Origin: Azolla caroliniana
Taxonomy: Eukaryota > Plantae > Polypodiophyta
DNA length: 12,669 bases
Assembly: GCA_043228905.1 (NCBI GenBank)
Contig: JBHGNT010001044.1
Location: forward strand, 1 to 12,669
Direction: 5' to 3'
Shown: positions 1 through 10,271 of the stretch, one piece after another
Numbering within the stretch: position 1 is the first letter of the stretch
Layout of the letters: each line of letters opens with the position of its first letter
Program-made: the position numbers and the translations under genes
Notes under the pieces: model-generated
Told to the model about the DNA's origin: nothing
Database searches by the model: none
Seen by the model: the letters and a program-made list of their open reading frames with translations, nothing else

Positions 1-1624
1 ATCCCAGGCATACGACAACAACCTAATGCACCCAGTGGCTTACTATTCCTGAAAATTTACGGCATCCGAAATCAATTATCCCATTTACGACAAGGAGCTT
101 GCTGCTATCATTGCTGCCTTTGAAGAATGGCGACCCTACTTGGCCGGCGCACAACATCGTGTCCAGGTAGTGACTGATCATAAAAATTTAGTTTATTTTT
201 CCACCACTCGTACTTTGAATCGAAGGCAGGCCCGTTGGTCGACATTTCTCGCCAACTACGATTTTGAGATCGTATTTCGACCTGGTGGCCAACATGGGAA
301 GGCTGATGCCCTTTCTCGCCGAGCTGACCTTGCACTCCGCCCTGGGGATGCTGCTTATGCTCAACAATCTAGAAGTTTGTTGAAACCCGACCAATTGCAT
401 CTTTTTGCCACTTATATGTTGCAGGATGATTCTTTACTCCAACAAATCATTGATGCATCCAAGACCGATGCGTTCGCCAACGAGATTCGAGATAGTCTAC
501 AAAACCCCTCCAAGGCGACCAAAAGGAAGGATCTTGACACCTTCACCATACAAGAGGGTTTGTTGTTCCGAGATCATCTCTTATACGTCCCAGAGGGCCC
601 ATGTCGCACCCGGGTGTTGCGGGAATGCCACGATGACCCACTTGCAGGTCATTTCGGGGTCGCGAAAACCCTCGAGCTAATCTCTCGGGGGTATTGGTGG
701 CCACAACCATGGAAGTTGGTCAAAGAATATGTCATAAAGAGTTGTGAGGTTTGTGCTCGCTCCAAAGCCATTCATCATCGGCCATACGGCTTACTACAGC
801 CACTTCCATGTCCTTGTCGTCCTTGGGCCTCTATCTCTATGGACCTGATAACTGATCTACCCTTGGTCAATAGCTATGACTCGGTGTTGGTCGTTGTCGA
901 TCGGTTTACGAAGGTGGCTCACTTCACTCCATGCTCCAAAACCATTTCCGGAGAAGGAATGGTGCATCTACTACTCAACAATGTGGTACGCTTGCATGGA
1001 CTCCCCGATGATGTCATCTCGGATCGCGGACCCCAGTTTGTCTCTCACTTCTGGCAGCGCCTGCTACAAACTTTAGGCATCTCTATCAAGTTGTCCTCCG
1101 CTTATCACCCCCAAACTGATGGGCAAACGGAGCGTGTCAACCAAATCCTTGAGCAGTATCTTCGGTGCTCGGTTAGTTACCAACAAGATGATTGGGTGAA
1201 CTTACTTTCGCTCGCGGAATTCGCCTACAATAATTCTCTCCATGCATCAACTGGCGTCACTCCCTTCTTTGCCAACTATGGTTTACATCCTCGCTTCAAC
1301 ATTTCCCTTCCTACCACTTTCGTGAACCCTTCGGCGGAGGATCGCGCCCGCATTTTGGAAGAATTACATCATGATTTATCCTTGGAGCTTAGTCTTGCTA
1401 GTGAACGATACAAGAAGCAGGCTGATCGCCATCGATCTTCCACTCCACACTTTGTCGTTGGAGACATGGTCTGGTTGTTACGTCGACACATCTCTACTAC
1501 TCGTCCATGTGCGAAACTTGATTACAAGAAGTTGGGACCATTCCGTATCATCGAGTGCATCAATCCCGTCGCCTTCCGGCTCGCCCTTCCATCCCACTTC
1601 CGGATTCACGATGTTTTTCATGTC

Positions 1625-1938
1625 TCCTTCCTCGAACCCCATTATGCTTCACAACTCCCAGGACGTTAGGCCCCACCACCACCACCTGTGCAATTGACGA
1701 CAGGGGAGGAATACGAGGTCGACCAAATCCTTCCTCGAACCCCATTATGCTTCACAACTCCCAGGACGTTAGGCCCCACCACCACCACCTGTGCAATTGA
1801 CGACAGGGGAGGAATACGAGGTCGACCAAATCCTTCCTTGAACCCCATTATGCTTCACAACTCCCAGGACGTTAGGCCCCACCACCACCACCTGTGCAAT
1901 TGACGACAGGGGAGGAATACGAGGTCGACCAAATCCTT
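1625..1938 (+). repeat. 103-bp tandem triplication bounded by TCCTT microhomology
   Basis: Units start at 1625, 1728 and 1831, with a terminal TCCTT at 1934-1938. Copies are near identical; I see one C>T at 1839. Confidence 0.95.
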
Positions 1939-2100
1939 GACTCGTGTTGGCACCGTCCACACTTGCAATACCTCGTCCTATGGAGGGGTTACCCCATGTC
2001 TGAGGTTACCCCATGACTGAGGCCACGTGGGAACCATCGGCAAATTTACAAAATGCCCCAGAGGTCGTCCAAGATTTTCATCACCGATATCCCCACAAAC
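1906..2100 (+). pseudogene. Integrase C-terminal chromodomain (frameshifted)
   Basis: Removing the 17-bp duplicate gives TGEEYEVDQILDSCWHRPHLQYLVLWRGYPM(S/T)EATWEPSANLQNAPEVVQDFHHRYPHK, with the canonical Y-EV..IL, YLV.W.GY and TWEP chromodomain motifs. Confidence 0.9.
1987..2022 (+). repeat. 17-bp tandem duplication in the chromodomain
   Basis: GGTTACCCCATGTCTGA followed by GGTTACCCCATGACTGA then GG; one mismatch; causes a frameshift. Confidence 0.9.
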
Positions 2101-2126
2101 CAGCGGCCGATTTGGGAAGGCGGCGT

Positions 2127-2137
2127 AGGAGGGGGGA
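2127..2137 (+). other. Polypurine tract (PPT)
   Basis: AGGAGGGGGGA lies 3 nt upstream of the LTR-initial TG at 2141. Confidence 0.85.
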
Positions 2138-2140
2138 TAA

Positions 2141-2494
2141 TGTCAAGATTCGAACTCTTGACACGACCATGTTATAATCTAGTATTATGAGTTAACCAAG
2201 ATATCTAGTACATAGTTATGTATGTAATTGATCCTTATTATTTTGCTAGCATCATGTGCATAGTTGCTCCCTTGTAGTATTTACACTTGGCACATGCATG
2301 CATACCTACATGCTCTATTGTAGATTCACATGCGTGCAACAAGTATGCATGCCATGTAGTATAAATAGAGGAGTTCACCTTGAAGGAATTCAAGGTGAAC
2401 AGCACCAGTTATGGAGTCTTTCCTTTAATACTATCTTCTTTCTTGTCCATTTGGTTATCTTCTTGCTTGTCTCTTGAGCTTATGATCCGTGACA
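2141..2494 (+). mobile_element. 3' LTR (~354 bp)
   Basis: Starts TGTCA directly after the PPT, contains TATAAATAG, and most plausibly ends at the inverted TGACA (2490-2494). The right end is inferred because the 5' LTR is outside the window. The predicted target-site duplication would be GTGCT (2495-2499). Confidence 0.75.
2360..2368 (+). promoter_or_regulatory. LTR TATA box
   Basis: TATAAATAG within the LTR, typical of the U3 promoter. Confidence 0.65.
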
Positions 2495-2495
2495 G

Positions 2496-2582
2496 TGCTC
2501 CTCTTTTTCTTCTTTTTCTATCATTAGCTTGATCTTGTGTTGCTCTATTTTTGCTTCTTCTATTTTTAGCTTGATCTTGAGT
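2496..2582. repeat. Diverged two-copy ~42-45 bp tandem repeat flanking the LTR
   Basis: TTAGCTTGATCTTG at 2524 and 2566, each preceded by TGCTC plus a pyrimidine-rich run (2496, 2541). Confidence 0.55.
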
Positions 2583-5500
2583 CAATGTTCTTATCTCCGA
2601 TGTGTTCCATGCAATTACCTTCTTCACCTTAGTAAACCTTCTTTAACCATAGTTAATGTGACGACTATGGTAAATCTTCACGTGGCTCTTGTCATTAAGC
2701 TTGAGCCTTCACGAATTTAACTCGTTGCATATAATGTCTCATTACAAAAATCAAAATAGAAGCACACACATATGTTGTTAAGATCCTACTAGTTACCAAG
2801 TCACACAATAGTCATGCTATGGACTTTACAACATAAATGTCATAAATTCTCTTTCACATAAATTGTGGTGTTGTATAATATATTAGATGGGGGAGAAAGT
2901 CTTTAACGTAATTGTTGAGAGAATCGTGCAAGGATAAGATACCATTGTAGTTTTTACTAGTTTTAATATCCTACACCTAAAATACATCCAACGAACTTGA
3001 ATAGGGTTTTCTGAACTTTATGAGATATAATTGTTTGAGAACATTTGTGATGTACATCACAAATTTTCTTTATTTCCCCAAAAACAATCATATAAGTAAA
3101 CGAAGGATCTCGATAAGGTTCTCATTTTCACATATTTGCAATCAACTTAAAACTGTTTTTATCATCACCCAAAGGTCATTTTGTACTACTTGTAAAGGTA
3201 GTGATATTTTGAACCTATCCATGTGTGGAAACACTTCCAATGTTCATTGCCCATAATCTAATATGAACCTTTCTCAAACACATTAGCTAATGTTTTGATG
3301 AAGTATTGATGCCACATCTTGGCATCCCATGCCAATCCATTATTTGTAATAAAAGGTCAACTTTTGTTGATCCCATTCTTAACCAATTTTGCTAAATTTA
3401 TTACACCAGCTTCTACATGGCTCACCCTATGACATGATCCGTTTTGAGTTGATTGCAAGTGGGAAAAGCCCATACATGTCCCCTTTATGCATGTTTAGGG
3501 CTACTTTTTGTCTATTGGAATTCTTTATATTGACCCCAATCCATGACTAACATGCACTCCATGCACTCACATGTCAAGGTAGCTCAACTAAGCTATACAT
3601 GTTTTCATGTTACTGAAGAAGGTGATTGCCATGTGAAATTGGGTCATTGTGCTCCATTAAAAAAGTTAATGGATGCGCATTCAGAACGGATTTGTGGTGA
3701 AGATATCCTTAAACTACAAATCAATGTTGATGAAACTTCTTGAATTAACAACCTTGTATGTAATTTATGATAAGATATTTATTCACGTTCTTTAATGCGA
3801 CATAATCCATATGTTTGACACATGTTTTGATTATTTGAACCAAGGTTTTCATTATATTAACTAGCGTATTGCAATCATACTAATGATAAGCACCACACTG
3901 ACGGCCCCAAAGCAAAGGATTTGAGATGAACATAAAATACCATCGGAGTCCCATACCACCAAATAGTACCGTATGTTACACCTTGGATGTTGAATAATGG
4001 ATCTAAAGAACAGAGTTTAGCCTCACCAATAGAGTCTCAACAACATCTCAAAATGTCATAATGAATGAGGTAGCAAGTCCCCTTTATATAGCTCAACGTT
4101 GAAGACTCCCAACCCACTACGTGCTCCCACGTGTCATAGGTCCATATAGGTTTGGCCCAAAACCTAGGATAACTAGTTTCCTAACTATTCTACCCTTGGT
4201 TCGTAAGGTTATGCCTATAATATAATCATATCCTCGAATTGGTATTGATGGGATTATTATTATATATAGATTGTGTATTGTTTTCACCTCATGGAAGTAT
4301 AACAAATTTTCATATACTGAAACAAACGAAAGGTGTTCAAGGGGATAACCTAGATCGATTATATGGAACATAGTATCATTGGGAAGTCCATATGATTATC
4401 TCTAGTTGGATGGGAATTGACATAATGTAGGTATTCTAAACAACCATGCTTCCACATATCAATTTTATTATCTAGATATAACATGGACTTTGCATCCTAG
4501 GAATGGTTACTCCACAATTGAAATATACTTGGAAGAGCAACTAACAAACATTTCACATTTGAACACCCAACATTATGGGTATATGAAAACCACTAGAAAC
4601 AAACTACTCATAATTATACATGTGGTAGAGCATACTCAAAATAGAGGGAGGTATACTTTGATCAAATAACCTTGCTAAAAAATTTCAGGATGAAATATAT
4701 TTGTACGTGTGTGATAGAAAGAGCATTCTCAATTTATAGCTCATCAATTTACTAGACATGGCCACAGAAAAAAGTTAAGGAGAAACTGAGGGTGAGTAAT
4801 ATTATCTTATGTGTTCGCTTGCCTAAGCAATATACTTTATGTTTCTTCATTTATATGTGGTTGGCACTACTATTATGGTGCTCTTACTCTTTGGGTTAAA
4901 TCGACTTTACATAACACGCTTGTACGGTTGAGCGTGAAATCTATTCAGTAGCACTGTGTGACATGGTAGATGGTGATGATATTTCTTCCACGTATGGTAT
5001 GTATGAAAAGCTAAGAAACTTTCGTCGGATTTTAATTGAAGGTATAAATGAGTAAGATAGAGGTATGATGTGTGTATAATTAATCCATTGGAAATTGTGA
5101 AAAACAATGCATGTATAAGTATGCAAATGCCACGAAACAACATTGGATATATTAATGCGTGTATTGCAATGCAAAAAAGAAGTGTGCATTATTATAGAAA
5201 TTACACCTTCTCTTTGCACATGTATCAAAGAACTATATTCCCAAAGGTTCTAACGATGATATTCCATTTTGTGGAAAGGAGTGAGTCTAGCTTTTTATCA
5301 TAGTAATACAGACAAAACATGTGGGTTTTTTAATAATATATATACAAGGCAATATAACATTTACACGACAATCGTGTGTTGAGCGCAATGCATCTTGTGA
5401 TGGTTTCGCTCGAAAATTTAGATATATCTTCGGCTAAAACGCATGGTTAAATTTCTCGAAATATATCATAATCTTTCTTGTCTATTTATGGCAACATAGT

Positions 5501-7701
5501 ATTGATTCTAATTTGACAGATAATCTATATTATTGACATTTTATTATCACTTTCCAAGATGAATCTCTCGAGAGTAACCCATGAATTTCTAGTGCTAATC
5601 ATCATGTTATCCATTGTTTTTGGTTTAGCATGGGACTTGTAATTTCTTTCCTTTGTTAAATCTTCACGAAAATCAAGTGTTTTAACATGGAAGTTATCTT
5701 ATTTAAAATCGATGTAGCTCATTATCGTTTTTTGTTAGATCCTTTCAAGATGCCAATTTCTGACAAAAAGCATATGATGATGTGCTTATTAATTGAAGAT
5801 TTTCATGGAAAATAAGAAACTTCTAATTTCTATGCCATTTATTAACATTCTGAGGGAGTTTATCATATGTCCTTTGCCACGATTGCCTATCATTCAGATG
5901 GAGGGCATCATAACTCTTTTAAAACGTCACGGAAACATGGGTGATTAATTTTAGCTTGGACTATCAAATACTCCATTGTAATTTGCTCGATGCAATCTCA
6001 ATGAATGTGTCTAGTATGAAGTTAAGATGAACATAAGGAGGGCATGACAAAGTTTTAGTTAAGCTCACTTTGGAGCTTAAACATCATATGTGCACAAATG
6101 AATAGGACTATTATAAAAGTTTCGAACATCAAACTAAACATTAAAAAATGTTAGGGTAATGCACTAATTTGCAAGCAATTTTGAAATTTGTTGCTTACAT
6201 CATGATTATCAATTCGAACAAACCAAAAGTGAAACTTGGGAAACCTAACCGCTTAACTTTTTTGCAAGGCCCAAGGCAAGCTCAAACTCACGGTTCACAA
6301 TATCTTTATTTATGCATGTTCATGGATTCAATGTTGACAACTACAAATTTATCAATAATAAACAAGTTCATAAGCATGAGCCCTAATGTATTGTCACCAT
6401 CTACTCATGTGAACAACAAATACAATTTGTTTTCATATTTGATGCACACTCCTTTTTTCTTGTAGGTTCATATTTGACCTCTTTGGGCAATAATACTCTT
6501 GATGATTTGTTTGCTATGGCTAACTTGGTATTCTCCACACAAGTACAATCCAATGTAGTAGACAATCACCATATTGACATTGGTTTGATCCTCGAGGAAT
6601 GACTGTTGTGGTGCTTTGTAAGATTGATTTGTTTGATGTGTCAGTTAGTCTATTCCATATGGATGAGCATCGGCTTGTTATTGTCCACCCTAACGTTGTG
6701 CACATGTCTATTGTTCATAGTTCGACCCTCTACTTTTCATCATGTAGGATTGGCATATGTACCATGAGCCATCGTGTACTCATATGTGCAAAAGATGTAA
6801 AAATGTCATTTTAAGTGTACCATGATATGCAAAACCCCGCTTGAGTTTACCATAGTCCCAAACATGCCGTCAATAATCATTTCTCGTGATTTGATAGTGA
6901 AAAGTATCAAAATGACACTTTATGAAAATTAATTATTTCTGTCCCCAACCATGATGTCTTGTTCTTAGGGGAGCACATTTAGATTGAGAACACCTTTCTT
7001 CTATTTGAAAGAAACAACACCCATCTATCAATGAAATTGAGATGAGAAAGAAATTTTGAGAAGATACCATGTCTTGTCGTGCCATGTCACATGGGTATGT
7101 GAGAAATCGTGGTCATGGCAGCTAACTCTCGATGCATGTAGAAAATGATTAAAAAGTGATGACTTCCACATGTGAGAGTTATTATGAGAACCTGGAATTA
7201 GATGTGATATGCTTATGTAATCAAAACTCTCATGTTTCAAGTGATGCATTCGTTCGTGTTGGAAGCAATATTTCCCTGCCTTAAGGCATAACCAAACAAC
7301 AATGCCATTAGGAGGAAATGCTTTATTTTCTTTCTTGTTCGAATTATAATGCATTATTTATCAATGTTTATCCTCCTCTACCATGTAATGTCTTTTTTCA
7401 GTCCCTCTTCGTGTAATGATTTGTACCTTTTTCCCTCAATTGCTCTCATTCGAAGCTTTGTATCCCCCCCACCACGTTATTCGAAAAGCCTTCCAAATCA
7501 AATAACCTTTTCTTTTGACGGGGAAAGATGCACCACCTAAAGGGCAATCATGCAAAGTGATAAAATGGGTATGTAAATTGTTGTCAAATCCCGAAAAAAA
7601 AAAGTTCTATTCTGAAAAGGGACGTCTCTTAGACTTGGAGGCTTTTTGAAAGCAAGAAGAACCTAGGCATGGGAAACCCATACGAGCTCCAACCTTATCG
7701 A

Positions 7702-7724
7702 GGGGGGGGGGGGGGGGGGGGGGG
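7702..7724 (+). repeat. Poly-G tract (23 G)
   Basis: Direct count from the sequence. Confidence 0.9.
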
Positions 7725-7919
7725 TTGAGGAGCTATCCTTTGTCTTCTTGTCTCCTCTCGATTGGATTTGTGTCCGAAGCATGTTGCTCGGCAAAATCTA
7801 CTACTAATCGACTTTGGAAAAGGCAGGCAATTCCAGAGACACAATACACGTATGGATAAGGCGAGCAATCAATTTTCTTTTCTTTTGTCGATGAGCTATA
7901 TGTAGGAAGCGAGCCCTAG

Positions 7920-8052
7920 GTATGTATCAGTATGTATGGTGGATGAGCAATTACACATGTATGTATGTATGGTGGGTATGTACGTATGGTGGATGAGCAC
8001 TTACACGTGTATGTATGTATGGTGTATGGTGTCTGTATGGTGGGTATGTACA
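7920..8052. repeat. TATG-rich low-complexity tract containing a 50-bp tandem duplication
   Basis: GTATGGTGGATGAGCA(A/C)TTACAC(A/G)TGTATGTATGTATGGTG starts at both 7934 and 7984. Confidence 0.8.
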
Positions 8053-8100
8053 TGTGACCAAACACCTCTCAACATGAGAAATGAGGAGGAGGATCTATTG

Positions 8101-8192
8101 CATCATCATCATACATACATATATACACATTACACATACACATACACATTACACTTACACATACACATTACACTTACACATACACATTACAC

Positions 8193-8277
<85 letters not shown>

Positions 8278-8300
8278 TACATACATACATACATACATAT
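8101..8300. repeat. Compound microsatellite (CAT)n/(CATA)n/(CACATA)n
   Basis: Long CACATA hexamer run (~8190-8280) flanked by CATA tetramers and degenerate CACATTA units. Confidence 0.93.
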
Positions 8301-8700
8301 GTATATGAAATATGGTGAATATATCATTGGGAATGAGCATCATCAGGAAGGAGTGGTCCTAGGAGGTCCACGTCAGCACGTGCGTGGCCACGTAGGACGC
8401 AGCTCCGGCTGAGCTGGCAGAAAGCGTGTGGTACGGAATCTGCTTTTCCGGAGTTTTGGACTTGGGAATCCGGAATATTTTTTTAAATTTCCTTGATTTT
8501 CTTTTTTAAAAACAAATCGAATTTGTTTTTCCTTTTAAATACATAATAAATAGATTGTTAAAGAAAAACGAAAACAAATTAGTAAATAAAAATGGAAAAA
8601 AAGGGCCACTAAATTAAGTGTTTAAAATGAGCCGGGAGTAAATTCCCCTCTCGGAAAATGCAGTCTAATTTGTGTTGGAAAATTTAAGGCCTCATAAACA

Positions 8701-8835
8701 AATACATTGAAACTAATATCAATATAAAACGCTTGACTTCACTCAATGTAACATATATATTGAAATTAAGACAAAATGCTTGACTTCACTCAATGTAATA
8801 CATTGAAATTAAGACAAAAATGCTTGACTTCACTC
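8701..8835. repeat. ~44-47 bp tandem repeat, about 3 copies
   Basis: GCTTGACTTCACTC at 8731, 8778 and 8822, separated by AATGTAA...ATTGAAATTAAGACAAAA. Confidence 0.85.
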
Positions 8836-9546
8836 TGTGTGAAGCAATCGAGGGTCAATTATAGTCAATGTCAAGCATGGTCAAGTAAAGCGAGGATCCA
8901 TTCCAAAGCAGTCCAATTTAGATAATTGTATGAGCTCCCATGGGCTAACAAAGAATACGATCGGATTATGTACTAATTATACACCCACTAATCCAAATTT
9001 AGTTATAACTATTATTATTAACCTTTTGAACAAATTGGTATATGCCCTAAGATTCTACTACTCCCCAGGGTGCACTTTTTCAAATCCACACAAATGGAAA
9101 ATTTATAGCACTGTTGGACTCATACTCTTTAACTTTGGGAGTCTCCAACCGTTTCGCGACAATTTCACTATTTGTCCTACATAATAACAAGGGGGTTTTC
9201 TCACATGGCACTCGAGAGGACCAAATAAACCATTTCCGAAAGAAAGGTAAGGTGCTCCAACATCCATTGGAAAAACATAGGATCATTGACTTTAATTTGC
9301 ATCTTCAATCCTGTGTCACCATAACCTTATCAAAGCGAAACCATGGTATACTTGAGAAGCCAATTAGCAACCTAAACATAAGACCATGGAAAGAGGCAAA
9401 GAGCTCAATTGAAGCCAAGACCATATACAATTGGGGAGAACAATGAGACAGATTGCCCCCCCCCTAAACTGATAAGAAAGATGAGATCAACATTTGGAAA
9501 CATTTCCAGGCTCGGGTTGAGATTCCCTCATCTAGGTGTGTATCAT

Positions 9547-9563
9547 GGGGGGGGGGGGGGGGG
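9547..9563 (+). repeat. Poly-G tract (17 G)
   Basis: Direct count from the sequence. Confidence 0.9.
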
Positions 9564-10067
9564 CTCGGGATAGAGAGAGGTGAAAAAAAAACATGAATGC
9601 CACGTTTTTTTTTTAACCTTTACTTTTTTTAGTGTTTGGTTTGTGAAATTTTTCACGACTCGAATAAGCAAAGGTGGCAAATATAAATAAATATCCGTTC
9701 GTTCTGGATTTTATAGTGTGACATGGGGCCCTCCCCAAATGCAAGCAAGCACGCACGGACACACGTGTTTGCTCTTCTTCTTTTTCTCGAGCTTTTGGAC
9801 GATCCTGGGGGCATCAAAAGTCCCCCGAGCACACGCGCAAGCTATAAAACCAAAGGCCAGAATGAACATATCACTGTGCTATATGAAAACAAAGGTTCCA
9901 AGTAGTGTATAACTTGCTATGAAAACAAAGACCATAAGGAACATAACTTTATAGTGAGTGATTGGGGGGTTGGATGGGCAAAATATGGTAAAGACTCAAG
10001 AGAGGAGGAAGCTTTTTGTTACTCAAAACAAAACCAAAAAGGACAAGGAAACCTAAGAGTTTAAATG

Positions 10068-10135
10068 CCCCACCCCACCCCACCCCACCCAAGAGAGAGA
10101 CAGAGACAGAGACACAGAGACAGAGACAGAAAGAC
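10068..10135. repeat. (CCCCA)4CCC followed by GA/GAGACA-rich microsatellite
   Basis: CCCCACCCCACCCCACCCCACCC at 10068-10090, then AGAGAGAGACAGAGACAGAGAC... Confidence 0.8.
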
Positions 10136-10271
10136 AAGAGAGTGAGTGAGGTGGCCATGGCAGGGTGGCACCAGAGAAGCAAACACCAAACTCACAAAAG
10201 AGAGAGAGAAATTGAAAAGAAAAGAGAGAATGGAAGCAGGACATAATCAGAGAAGCAAATTTCTTTGATTT

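Larger units (their letters stand above)
2..2177 (+). pseudogene. pol: Disrupted retrotransposon pol (RNase H, integrase, chromodomain)
   Basis: Frame 2 reads [46 protein letters not shown]...TDHKNL...RRQARW...KADALSRR (RNase H). Integrase has an HHCC finger (HDDPLAGH...CEVC), DDE core (ISMDLI, ISDRGPQF, QTERVN) and GPF motif. Lesions: TGA 50-52, TAG 1667-1669, 103-bp triplication, 17-bp duplication. The reconstructed frame ends at TAA 2175-2177 inside the LTR. Confidence 0.93.
1..2494 (+). mobile_element. Ty3/Gypsy chromovirus LTR retrotransposon, 3' portion (continues off the left edge); possibly Tcn1-like clade
   Basis: Gypsy domain order RNase H - integrase - chromodomain, then polypurine tract and an LTR bounded by TGTCA...TGACA. 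The coding part is visibly more GC-rich than the flanking DNA. Clade assignment is by recalled motif similarity only. Confidence 0.95.

Noticed and set aside
1667-1672. Programmed stop-codon readthrough into the chromodomain
   Set aside because: The context TAG-GCC is not a known leaky-stop motif, and other lesions show the copy is decaying, so C>T mutation is simpler.
1555-1960. Several short ORFs in multiple frames
   Set aside because: By-products of the 103-bp triplication shifting frame with each copy.
3974-4370. Possible minus-strand solo LTR (CCTTTATATAG at 4081-4091, nearby TGTT... and ...AACA ends)
   Set aside because: I could not find a matching end pair with a target-site duplication; needs a repeat-library search.
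2600-7600. Short ORFs and stop-riddled frames suggesting old TE debris
   Set aside because: No recognisable domain motif in the frames I read; left unannotated pending RepeatMasker or BLASTx.
7936-8412. ORFs rich in TY/HT/VC
   Set aside because: Translations of the CACATA/TATG microsatellites.
8900-9450. Possible decayed LINE ORF1 fragment on the minus strand (PFVWI motif)
   Set aside because: Similarity is limited to a few residues with several stops; not supportable.
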